NCBI RefSeq assembly: GCF_902713615.1
Contig: NC_052146.1
Coordinates: forward strand, 303,506,335-303,570,334
Direction of reading: 5' to 3'
Length of the DNA: 64,000 bases
Source of the DNA: Scyliorhinus canicula
Taxonomy: Eukaryota
The position numbers and the translations under genes were made by a program. Below the pieces are notes generated by a model. The model made no database searches and had not been told where the DNA came from. It saw only the letters and a program-made list of their open reading frames with translations. Positions 50,290 to 61,327 of the stretch are shown here, piece by piece. Each line of letters opens with the position of its first letter. Position 1 is the stretch's first letter.

Positions 50290-51450
50290 TCTTACACTTT
50301 AATTTTATTCATTGACGGGATTTGGTGATCACTGGCTAGACCAGCATTTATTGCCCACCCCTAATTGCCCTTGAGAAGGTGGTGGTGAGCTGCTTTCTTG
50401 AACCACGGCAGTCCATGTGGTGTAGGTGCACCCACTGTGCTGTCAGGGAGGGAGTTCTAGGATTTTGACTCAGTGACAGTGAAGGAACGGAGATATATTT
50501 CCAAGTCGGGGTGGTGAGTGACTTGGAGGGGAGCCTCCAGGTGGTGGTGTCCCTATGTGTCTGCTGCCCTTGTCCTTCTTGGTGAGCGAGGTTATAGGTT
50601 TGGAAGGGGCTGCCTAAGGAACCTTGGTGAGTTGCTGTGTCTATCTTGCAGATGGTAGACATGGCTGTCACTGTGCATTGGCGATGGAGGGAGTGGATGT
50701 TGAAGGTGTGGATGGGGTGCCAATCAAATGGGTTGTTTTGTCCTGGGTGAAGTCGAGTTTCTTGAATGTTCTTGGACCTGCCCTCATCCAGGCAAGTGGA
50801 GAGTATTCTGTTACACTTCTGACTTGTGTCTTGTAGATGGTGGACAGACTTTGGGGAGTCAGGGGTTGATTCACAGGCTATGAAATTCTCAATGTCTGAG
50901 CTGCTCTTGGAGCCACACTATTTATATTCATAGAATTTACAGTGCAGAAGGAGGCCATTTGGCCCATCGCGTCAGCACCGGCTCTTGGAAAGAACACCCT
51001 TCCCAACAGCACACCTCCACCCTATCCCCATAGCCCAGTAACCCCACCCAACACTAAGGGCAATTTTGGACACTAAGGGCAATTTATCATGGCCAGTCCG
51101 CCTAACCTGCACATCTTTGGACTGTGGGAGGAAACCGGAGCACCCGGAGGAAACCCACGCGCACACGGGGAGGACGTGCAGACTCCGCACAGACAGTGAC
51201 TCAAGCCGGGAATCGAACCTGGGACCCTGGAGCTGTGAAGCAATTGTGCTAATCACTATGCTACCGTGCTGCCCAAATGGCTACCCATATGGCTGGGTCC
51301 AGTTCAGTTTCTGATCAACAATGACCCCCAGGATGTCGATAGATTGGGATTCAAAGATGACAATGTCATTGAATGTGAAGGCGAGCTGGTTGGATTCTGT
51401 CTCGCTGGAGATGGCCATTGCCTGGCACTGTTGTGGCACACGTGTTACTT
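50290..51450 (-). mobile_element. L2/CR1-like LINE 3' region with nested V-SINE (50929-51273, minus)
   Basis: Reverse complement of the family seen at 3620-4800. Confidence 0.75.
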
Positions 51451-51968
51451 TCTCCAGCAAAAGGATGCTGAGCTTTCAGGATTGGGATTTCTGTTGGGTT
51501 AGGTCATCCACAACGATATTTATATAGCACCTGTAATGTAATAAAACACCCCAAGTTACTTCACAAGAGTATTTTAAAACAAAATACGGTGCTGGGCCAG
51601 ACTTTCACTCCCAAGGGGGTATCTTAAGTTGGGAAATTTCTCAGCACCCGCCTCAAGAAAACGTTTCCTATCAGACCGGATTTTTGTGTGGGTGTGGGAC
51701 AGAGTTAGGTAGTCACCCTTGGAGATGTCCATGGGGTCTGTATTTTAAACAGCCCACCTCGGTTCTCTGGGATCGTCCCACTTGTTTTGTTAAACATTAG
51801 TTGCTCTTTGGCCTCACACCCCACACCCCCACCCATGTCCAATGGCGGTACACGGCAATTCATGCCAAACCATGCCCCCCAATCCCCATGGCCCCTTTTA
51901 GCTCCATGCCAACCTATTACCAACTCGTGCCAACACCTGCACCCACCCATCTAATATCTAATAATAGT

Positions 51969-52327
51969 AGGCAGCACGGTAGCATGGTGGTTAGCATAAA
52001 TGCTTCACAGCTCCAGGGTCCCAGGTTCGATTCCCGGCTGGGTCACTGTCTGTGCGGAGTCTGCACGTCCTCCCCGTGTGTGCGTGGGTTTCCTCCGGGT
52101 GCTCCGATTTCCTCCCACAGTCCAACAATGTGCGGGTTAGGTGGATTGGCCATGTTAAATTGCCCGTAGTGTCCTAAAAAGTAAGGTTAAGGGGGGGGGG
52201 GGGGGGGGTTGTTGGGTTACGGGTATAGGGTGGATACGTGGGTTTGAGTAGGGTGATCATTGCTCGGCACAACATCGAGGGCCGAAGGGCCTGTTCTGTG
52301 CTGTACTGTTCTATGTTCTATGTTCTA
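51969..52327 (+). mobile_element. V-SINE (HE1-like) full form
   Basis: Head, V-domain, (TTCTATG)n tail. Confidence 0.88.
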
Positions 52328-53226
52328 TCCTCCATGCTAAATTAGTGCCAACTTATTCCAACTTATACCCCCACCCACCACCTCTTTGCCTACACAGCCT
52401 CCATGCCAACTCATCCAATACCACCATGGGCAGATCTCAGGAGACATATTTAGATTAAATAAAATAACGGTCTGAATACCTATTATAGTCTTCACTACAA
52501 TAAAAAAAACAAATCATGAAAGCCCATTAAACATTTTAGAAGACCCTCAAGTGCTTAATGCCTTATCAAAACAATTTGGCTTGCACTCACAATTCCACAT
52601 CAAAGACAGTTAATTATTTAATAACATCTTTGAGTTGTCAATCAAACTGTGAATTTGCAATCCCCATGCTAGATTAATTGTAGGTTGTGGAAAGCAGTCA
52701 ACCATCAGTAATGATATTATCATTAGCCTTTGCCTAATGTCAACAGCAGCTTTTGTAGCAGCTACAACAAGTGTTTTTCAAATCAGGCTGGCTGTTTTAC
52801 TTTTCCAAATTTTTAAGGGCTGGGTATTTAAATAATTTGTCTGCTTGATAGTTCTCCATACCTTACCCGACCTTGAGGAGTCTCTATGCCTGACATATTA
52901 ATTTATGACTCCCACACAGTGAGTTAAGGCCCTGCTGAGTTTGCATTTCCCTCTTCTTCGAGTCATGCTCCACTCGTTTCACCTCCTGGCAGAAATGGGG
53001 TCTGCCAGAAATGGGGCCGGACCTCTGGATCCGGGTCCCATCTGCCATTTAAAATCAGCTGACTAGGTCAGATGACAAAACTCTTGGTTAAAGAGTTAAG
53101 TTTAGAGAAGGAAGGAGTGTTAGAGAGTGGAAGAGGTTTATGAAGGGAATTACAGAGCTAGTGGCTATGGCAGCTAAAGGCATGACCGTGAATGGTGGGA
53201 CAATTAAAATTGGAGGTGCTGAAGAG

Positions 53227-53900
53227 TGTTATGGGCCAGGATTTAGCGAACCCCAATATGTATCATGGAGTTCACCTGACCCACAACTTTTAATAGATTG
53301 TGGTATGGGGAGCACACGGCTCACTCTACAGATGTGGTACAGCAGAAATGGAAAAGTATTTTTTAAAGCAAAACAATGTTTATTCTATGAACTCAAGTTC
53401 ACCTTTTTAAAACATACAGTGAACATCTTAGCAACCATCAATTTAAATACAACCCCTAAAGAATACAACACTAAGTAATCCTTACTGAATTCCCAAACAA
53501 CATTCAGCAGACAAAAGACCTGTTTAACACAAAGATCAGGTTTAAATTCGCTATTGAGAGCAGTTACCATGTTTAAACCAGCAAATGAACATTCATAAGC
53601 TTGCAGAGATTCACACACATCCTGCTGTGATTTCAGCTTCTCCAAAACTAAAATGAAACCAAACCCACCCTGCAGCAAAAAGCCTAAAGCAAAGTAAAAA
53701 GCTGGCAGACAGCCAAGCTCCACCCACTCTCTGACATCACTGCAGTAATAAACACCCATTTCTTAAAGGTACTCTCACTACAGATATTTATATACACACC
53801 CATTTATAAACACCCATTTCTTAAAGGTACTCTCACTACAGATATGTATATACACACCCATTTATAAACACCCATTTCTTAAAGGTACTCTCGCATGACA
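53227..53900 (-). mobile_element. Solo LTR with internal ~59-bp tandem duplication
   Basis: TGTTATG...CATGACA termini; flanks AGAG/AGTG; repeated TAAACACCCATTTCTTAAAGGTACTCTC. Confidence 0.75.
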
Positions 53901-54328
53901 AGTGGCCAGAGTTAGATGGCTGCAGCCAGCTTGGAGGAATGTGGGGATGGAAGCAATAACAGAGATAGGGAGACAATGGAAAGATATGAAAACATGGCGA
54001 GTGGCGGAAATTTCCATTCTCTGCACAGATTATTGGCTGAGCTGGGAAAACCATTGTGCATCTCGCAGGCTGCATGGCCGGGTTTTCTCCAGCATTCTCT
54101 GCAGAACAAATCTGGTGGCGGAGCCCACGCTGGCAGAGAGGGGCCAGAGATATCCGACAGCCGGGAATGCCAAGAACGGGGCGCCTGTTTGATCTCCGAT
54201 ATAAAACACAGGGACTCCCCCTAAGACATACTGGACCTCATCCTCACCAATCTGCATCTCTCAGATGCATCTGTCCGTGCATCTGTTGGTGGGAGTGACG
54301 ACCACACAGTCCTTGTGGAGATGCGTTA

Positions 54329-54597
54329 TGTAGTGTGGTACACTCCTGGCATTGTCAAGAGCCTTCAGACCTCGTTAGGGACAAGAAGATGTTGATTAAT
54401 AAAGAATAGCTTGGCACCGGAGGTTGTGCAGCATGGGTCTGCCGTGGAGCAGCAACTCCCAAGTCCTTACGTGCTTCCTACATGGCTGCTAGATGTATTC
54501 TTCCCAAGACTGGACTCCACCCACTGGGGTGATCATTCACCCTCGGTGCCCACCGGACCCTCAGTCAGGTGACCCTCTTAAAGAGGCAGACACCACA
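54329..54597. mobile_element. Possible old solo LTR
   Basis: TGTAGTG...CACCACA ends and size similar to the other short LTRs; no clear TSD. Confidence 0.4.
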
Positions 54598-54819
54598 AAC
54601 GCTACACTCCTCTCCCTTTACCTTTTTTATACAATCTTCAAATTCAATTTACTAAAATCCATATTCTAAATAATATATAAGTTAGACATTTGAAAATCAA
54701 AGTAGCGATTGTTCAGTGTTCAGTTCTTGAGATTTGCAGTTCAACATAACACTTCTCCTAGTATGTTTCAACTATATACAGTTCCAAATACAGTCTTGCA
54801 TGAGATTCTACCACACAGG

Positions 54820-55240
54820 TTTGCTGCTTTTTGAGTCCAGTTCTAGACTCTGCGCTGATCAGGTGTGATATACTTTACTCTGCGGACGGTGTCACTCTCA
54901 AATCCTTTATTAATCCTTTTTTCTGTCACGCACCTTACTCTACAATGCATGGCGGTACCATCATCACAATACAATGCAATCTGTGCCTTGACAGCTCATT
55001 CACAAACTCAATCTGTCACATGCGAAAGAGTGGTCATGGTACCCTGTTTCTGGTACTTAGGCCATGGGATAAAGTTCCTTTTCTTTCTCGCATTTCTATT
55101 CAGCATCTTTTCCATCGACCATGTCATATTAGTTCTTGTGCTTTTCTATTGGTGTGACCGTTTCAGTAATCTTGGCCTGGCACTTAATCTCAGTTTCCTT
55201 CTGTCTGAATTGTTCCTCTGTCTACATCTCTCCTGCACAA
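54820..55240 (-). pseudogene. SYCP1-like processed fragment
   Basis: ETEIKCQAKITETVTPIEKHKN*YDMVDGKDAE resembles human SYCP1 EIDKRCQHKIAEMVALMEKHKHQYDKIIEERDSE; stops and frameshifts. Confidence 0.6.
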
Positions 55241-55244
55241 AGTC

Positions 55245-55600
55245 CTTCATTTCACAACCTCTTTCTTTCAGCTTTTGCATCAAACAATCTTCTGCTTGTT
55301 TTGCATCGACTTTCTTCACCACCTGTATTTTGCACTACACCCTCCATCAGCTGCAGTTTGAGCTAAGCCAGTTCCAGCTCCATCCCCTTTATCTTGATAT
55401 TCATCTGAAGTACTCTTCGATGAACTGACCAATTTAAATGGCCCATCTTTGTTAAGAGTTCTCTGCAGCGATTGCAGTGTTCAACCGTTTCCAAATTATT
55501 TTCCAACTCTGCTTTATTTCCCAACTGTGGCCTTCCCAATCTCTCACTCAGTTGAGGGCTGATTTATTTGTATCTGATGATTCTTGGTTTCTGATTCTCA
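55245..55600 (-). pseudogene. RABGAP1/RABGAP1L-like C-terminal coiled-coil processed fragment
   Basis: YK*ISPQLSERLGRPQLGNKAELE...VEHCNRCRELL...GMELELA*LKLQLME..CKIQ versus RABGAP1 YKQICSQLSERLEKQQTANKVEIE...VDDCERCREFF...EMELELAQTKLQLVEAECKIQ. Confidence 0.7.
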
Positions 55601-55903
55601 TTCTCAGAACGTACAAGCTTTACTCTGAGTCCATTTGCCTCGGTGTAAACGTTGCTCCATCAGCATTCTGACCTTGATTTCCAGCTTTGAGAGAAATTCC
55701 TGATCCACTGACATTTCCACCAGCTTAACGCTCCGTTCCTGGACACATTGTAATTCTTCCATTAACCACTGCAGTTTTTTGTTTCTATTAAAATAACTTT
55801 CTCTTGGCAAAGAGAATCACAATCATTCTTTTGTCCATCGCTTTGCTTGTGCAATCTATTCAGTTATCCATTTCTGAGTTTCTTCCTGGCTGAATCGATT
55901 ATT

Positions 55904-56120
55904 TAAAAAAAAATTTAGTGTACCCAATTCATATTTTCCAATTAAGGGGCAATTTATCGAGGCCAATCCACCTACCCTGCACATCTTTGGCTATTTGGGG
56001 CGAAACCCATGCAAACACTGGGAGAATGTGCAAACTCCACATGGACAGTGATCCAGAATCGAACCTGGGACCTTGGCGCCATGAGGCAGCAATGCTAACC
56101 ACTGCGCCACCGTGCTGCCC
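55904..56120 (-). mobile_element. V-SINE inserted into the pseudogene mosaic
   Basis: 13-bp TSD TGAATC(G/A)ATTATT. Confidence 0.88.
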
Positions 56121-56163
56121 AAGATGAATCAATTATTCCCTTCTGACAATATTTGTTAACAAT

Positions 56164-56770
56164 CTCTCCCTTCTCAAGCTCTGCATGTTTTCAGAGAACT
56201 GACGGATTCCTTTTGTAGTTACAACAGACTCCAATTCTACATTCATGATTTATTTCTGCTTGTGATATTTATTGGACAGTTTGCTGAATTGCTAACTTGT
56301 TCCAACAGCTGTGATCTCTCTTTTGGTTTGCCTGTTGCTAAGTCCTCCTCAGCACCCTCAACACCGCACAATTTCTGCCTCTCTGCAGAATGCCAAGGCC
56401 TCTGGTCCATTTGTGTTCTCCACACGACTAGTAGCTCGATCATTCAGTTGGACCACAATAGAATTCCCAATAATGGCTCTGATAAATGATTTCTCGGCTC
56501 TGATTTCTTCTTCAACAATACGGTGACTCTTGCAGTAGATGTTCCAGGGTGTCCTATGTCGGCACCATGGATTAAATCTTTGATGTCTTTCACTCTGAGA
56601 CTAGCAGTTCTCTCACCCATTACAAAACTGATAGCATCCATTACATGGGGATTTCCTTGGCTCTTCGAATTCCAGGCTATGACCATTGGTGTTGAGTTTT
56701 GCTGTGCTTTTTCTCTCAACTCTTTTAGACTTTTATTAACATCTTCATGCTCTAACTCCAGTTCCTTCAC
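56164..56770 (-). pseudogene. SMC1B: SMC1B-like processed pseudogene fragment (exon-6-like tail followed by exons 2-4)
   Basis: VMDAISFVMGERTASLRVKDIKDLIHGADIGHP...KSFIRAIIG...GRNC...KPKERSQLLEQVS...KHAELEKGE; intronless across exon 2/3/4 junctions; frameshifts and stops; VMDA, FVMGE, GAxIG and NC residues fit SMC1B better than SMC1A. Confidence 0.8.
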
Positions 56771-56775
56771 CGCTT

Positions 56776-57147
56776 ACTGGTGAAGTCGAGGATCCAGTTG
56801 CAGAGGGAGGAGCCATGTCCTAGGTTTTGGAGTTTGGATATGAGCTTGTTGGGGATTATGGCGTAGAAAGCGTAGCTGTAGTCAATGAATAGGAGTCTGA
56901 CGCAGGTGTCCCTGTTGTTGAGATGCTCCAGGGATGAGTGGAGGGCCAGGCAGATGGTGATTGCTGTGGACCGGGGTTGTGGTGTTATGCGACTTGCAGT
57001 GGATCTAGGTATTCCGGGAGTATGGAGTTGATGTGCCTCATGACCAACCTCTCGAAGCACCTCATAATGCTCAATGTCAAGGCCACCGGATGGTCGTCAT
57101 TGAGGCACGTTGCCTGGTTCTTCTTTGGCACCGCTATGATGGTGGTC
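56776..57147 (-). mobile_element. Rex1/Babar LINE RT fragment
   Basis: [27 protein letters not shown]; LFIDYS; same family as 35063-36692. Confidence 0.85.
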
Positions 57148-57759
57148 TCTTCCTCTGAGCTCCAGCGTTGCCTGCGCTTTGAGGTCTTCAGTTGCTTACA
57201 AACCTCCGAGCTCGAGTTACCCTCCATCTGGCGGCTTCTCTGACATTCAGATTCTGGCAGTTTTAGACCTTTTCTCGAATACCAAAAGCCCACGAGTCAT
57301 GCCTTGAAATTCCACGTTTGGATAATTCCTCCTGATCAGCTGCTCTTTTCAATGTGAAGAGTGTGAATTTCCCCCTGTCCCCCTGTCCCCCTGCCCCCTC
57401 CACCCCACCTGGAAAAAATAGACGGTGCGAGGTTCATGGGTAAGACTCCCGGAATCGAGGCTCTGGTGCCATTTTTGTGAAGGAGGGGAGACTTTCCGAT
57501 GTAGCGAAAATTCGGGCCAGTGTGTAATGACCGGGTTAGCTCGTTCTCCTTTCTTTCCATCGTGACACACGTTTCCCTGCAGTAATAATTCTGATCCACT
57601 GGCATGCTGCTTTTTCCATGAACACTGACACAAAGTTGTTTGCAACCTCCAAGCCAAGTCATACATATAAGAGCAGAGGGAACGGGAAGAGACCATTTTC
57701 TCTCTGCTCTGCTCCGTCATTCAGTCAGATCATGGCTGTGATCTAATTTCATAAGAATT

Positions 57760-59420
57760 GGGGGTTACATGTTAGCATGGACAGATGATTGGCTAGTGAA
57801 CAGGAAGAAGACAGACGGAATAAATGGATCATTTTTGAGTTGACAACCGTAACTTGCGGTGTGCCACAGGAATCAGTTTGTGGCCCAAACTATTTACAAT
57901 CTATATGAATGAATAGGACATGAATGTATCACTGCTAAATTTGCTGATGGCACAAAGACAGGTCAGAAAGCAAATTGTGAAGAGGAGTTTACAAAGGGAT
58001 TTCAATAGGTTAAGCGAGTGGGTATAGATTTGGCATTTGGGACAATGTGGGAAAATCTGAGGTTGTCCACTTTGGCACGAAGAATAGAAAAGCAGAGGTA
58101 CAGAGGGATCTGGGAGGTACGGTGGCACAATGGTTAGCACTGCTGCCTCACAGCGCCAGGGACCCGGGTTCGATTCCAGCCTCGGGTGACTGCCTGTGTG
58201 GAGTTTGCAACTTCTCCCTGTGCCTGAGTGGGTTTCCTCTGGGTACTCCGGTCTCCTCCAACAGTCCAAACATGTGCAGGTTTGGTGGATTGGCCATGCT
58301 GAATTTGCCCCTCAATGCCCAAAGATGTACAGGTTAGGTGGGGTTATAGGGATTGGGTGGGGGACAGGCGGGGGAGTGGGGTTCGGTAGGATGCTCTTTC
58401 AGAGGGTCAGTGTAGACTCAGTGGGCCGAATGGCCTCCCTCTGTACTGTAGGGATTCTATGGGTCCTGGTAAATGAGTCACAAAAAGCCTATATGCAAGT
58501 GATGAGGAAGGCAAATGGAATGTTGCCATTTATGCAATGGAAATGGATGCTAGAGGGAGATAATCTTTGCGGCAGCTGTACAGAGCCTTCGTGAGGCCAC
58601 ATCGGTATAATTAAAAACAGTTCAGAAAAAGATTCCTAGGATGAAGGAGCTGTCATACTGGTTTAGCACAGGGAAAAATAGCTGGCTTTTATAGCAGACC
58701 AAGGCAGTCCAGCAGCGCGGGTTCAATTCCCGTACCAGCCTCCCCGAACAGGCGCTGGAATGTGGCGATGAGGGGCTTTTCACAGTAACTTCATTTGAAG
58801 CCGACTTGTGACAATAAGCAATTTTCATTTCATTTTTCATTTCATATGAAGAATGGTTGAGCAGCTTAAGCCTATATGCTTTATATTGAGAAATTGAGGC
58901 AAACTTATTGATAAGATTCTCAGGGTACTTGACAGGGTAGATGCTGGGAGGATGTTTCCTCTTGTGGGGAAATCTAGAAGTCGGGGGATACCGTTTAAAA
59001 ATAAGGGGGGCTGGATTCTCCGCTGGCGGGATTCTCCGTTGTAGAGGCAGCGCACCCACGCCCAGGGATTTCCCGACAGCCGGCTTGTGGGGCGGAGAGT
59101 ACCGCTGCCGGTGGGAGGGGCGTGCCCCACCTGAAAACTGGTGTGGCGGGACGGAGAATCCCACCCGGGCTCTCCCGTTTAATAAGGAGGTGAGGAGGAT
59201 TTCTTTCTCTCAGGGTCTTTAGTCTGTGGAACGCTTTTCCTCGGAGCCTGAGTTATTGACTATTATCAAGGCAGAGTTAAATAGAGTTTGGGAGTCAAGG
59301 GTGATCAGTAGACAGGCAGGAAGGCAGAGTTAAAATCACAATCAGATCACTATGGCCTGACTGAATGGTAGAGCGGGCTCAAAGATACAAATGGCCTATT
59401 CCTCCTCCTATTTCTTGTGT
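57760..59420 (+). mobile_element. Degenerate CR1 LINE with nested V-SINE (58112-58460), second-family SINE (58657-58844) and MITE
   Basis: GVPQ.SV, KFAD.TK remnants and CR1 3' tail. Confidence 0.75.
59008..59166. mobile_element. Short Harbinger-like MITE
   Basis: GGGCTGGATTCTCC / GGAGAATCCCACCC; TSD GGG. Confidence 0.8.
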
Positions 59421-59432
59421 TTTTCTGACCTA

Positions 59433-61327
59433 GGGCGGGATTCTCCGACCCCACGCAGGGTCGGAGAATCGGCCGGTAGCGGCGTTATTCCCGCTCCCGC
59501 AGGGTTTTTAAATCTCTGACCGGCCAAAAACCGGCGCTGTGCAAATCCCGCCGGCAGCCTCTGAAAACAGCTGGCGCCGGCGGGATTTCATTTTTTTTTT
59601 AGATTCCACAAATCTCCGGCCCGGATGGGCCGAAGTCCCGCCGACGTGGCCACGGGTCACGTCGGCGAAAATCACAGTTGCTTTAAAATGGCGTCAACCA
59701 TTGATGATGGTTGACGCCGTTCAGTGTCGGGGGGTGGGTTGCGGCATCGGGGGGGGGGGTGGGTTGCGGGTATCGGGGGGGGGTGGGTTGCGGCATCGGG
59801 GGGGGGTGGGTTGCGGGTATCGGTGGGGGGTGGGTTGCGGCATCGGGGGGGGTGGGTTGCGGCATCGGGGGGGGTGGGTTGTGGCATCGGGGGGGTGGGT
59901 TGCGGCATCGGGGGGGTGGGTTGCGGCATCGGGGGGGTGGGTTGCGGCATCGGAGGGTGGGTTGCGGCATCGGGGGGTGGGTTGCGGCATCCGGGGGTTG
60001 CGGCATCGGGGGGGGGCATCGGGGGGGGGGGGTTGCGGCATCGGGGGGGTGGGTTGCGGCATCGGGGGGGTTGCGGCATCGGGGGGGGTTGCGGCATCGG
60101 GGGGTGGGTTGCGGCATGGGGGGGGGTTTGGGGGCAGCGGCGTGCAGAGAGGGGGGCGACGGATGCCCTGGGCCAACGCACCGTCGCCCCCCCCCTCTGT
60201 ACGCCGCTGCCCCCTACCCCAACCCCCCCCTCACCACCCCTACCTCCCTCCAACGCCCCTACCCACCACCCCTACCCCCCTCCCCACCACCCCTACCCCC
60301 TTCACCACCCCTACCCCTCTCCAACGCCGCACCCCCCCACCCCCCACTAACGCCGCACCCCCCCCCCCACTAACGGAGGAAGGAAGGGGGGGAGGAGGAA
60401 GGAGGGGGGACGGAGGAAGGAAGGGGGGGGAGGAGGAAGAAGGGGGGAGGAGGAGAGAGGGGGGGTGTGGGTACCGGCCTTCAGAGGGAGGGGGACGGGG
60501 TGTGGGTACCGGCGTTGAGGGGGGGACCCGGCGTTGAGAGGGGGGGTTGCGGCGATGAGGGGGGGTTGTGGCGTTGAGGGTGGGGGGTTGCGGCGTTGCG
60601 AGAGATGGGGGGCGGCGTTGGAGGGGGGTAGGGGTGGTGGGGAGGGGGGGTAGGGGTGGTGGGGAGGGGGGTAGGGGCGTTGGAGGGAGGTAGGGGTGGT
60701 GAGGGGGGGTGGTTGGGGTAGGGGGCAGCGGCGTACAGAGGGGGGGGGGCGATGGTGCGTTGGCCCAGGGCATCCGTTGCCCCCCCTCTCTGCACGCCGC
60801 TGCCCCCAAACCCCCCCCATGCCGCAACCCACCCCCCAATGCCGCAACCCCCCCCCCCGATGCCCCCCCCCCGATGCTGCACCCCCCCGATGCCGCAACC
60901 CCCCCCCCCGATGCCCCCCCCGATGCCGCAACCCCCCGGATGCCGCAACTCCCCCCCCCGATGCCACAACCCCCCCCCGATGCCGCAACCCCCCCCCCCC
61001 CCGATGCCGCAACCCCCCCCCCCCCCGATGCCGCAACCCCCCCCCCCCCCCGATGCCGCAACCCCCCCCCCCCCCCAAATGCCGGGTCGGTCTCTCTCCT
61101 CCCCCCCCCAAACGCCGGGTCAGTCTCTCTCCTCCTCGTCCTCCAAAAAACGCCGGGCCTCACCACTTCCGCAGCTGGTGAAACTGACGCGTATCGCGTC
61201 AGTCAGCTGCTGGCCCCTCCGGGAACGGAGAATAGCGGCCTAAAAGAAGGCCCCGACGCCGGAGTCATGTACACCGATTTTTCTCGCCGGAAATCGGCGT
61301 TACGACGGTCTGCAGAGAATTTCGCCC
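59433..61327. mobile_element. 1.9-kb Harbinger-like element carrying a large internal palindrome of G-rich tandem repeats
   Basis: TIRs GGGCGGGATTCTCC / AGAGAATTTCGCCC; perfect TSD CTA; inverted arms ~59725-60330 and ~60608-61078. Confidence 0.85.

Noticed and set aside
54865-55428. 187-aa hydrophobic + strand ORF resembling a membrane protein
   Set aside because: Antisense shadow of the A-rich coiled-coil pseudogene fragments on the minus strand.
56985-57293. [11 protein letters not shown] as a Myb/telobox domain
   Set aside because: Motif is cut immediately by a Rex1 RT fragment and no further Myb tryptophans follow; more likely decayed TE sequence.
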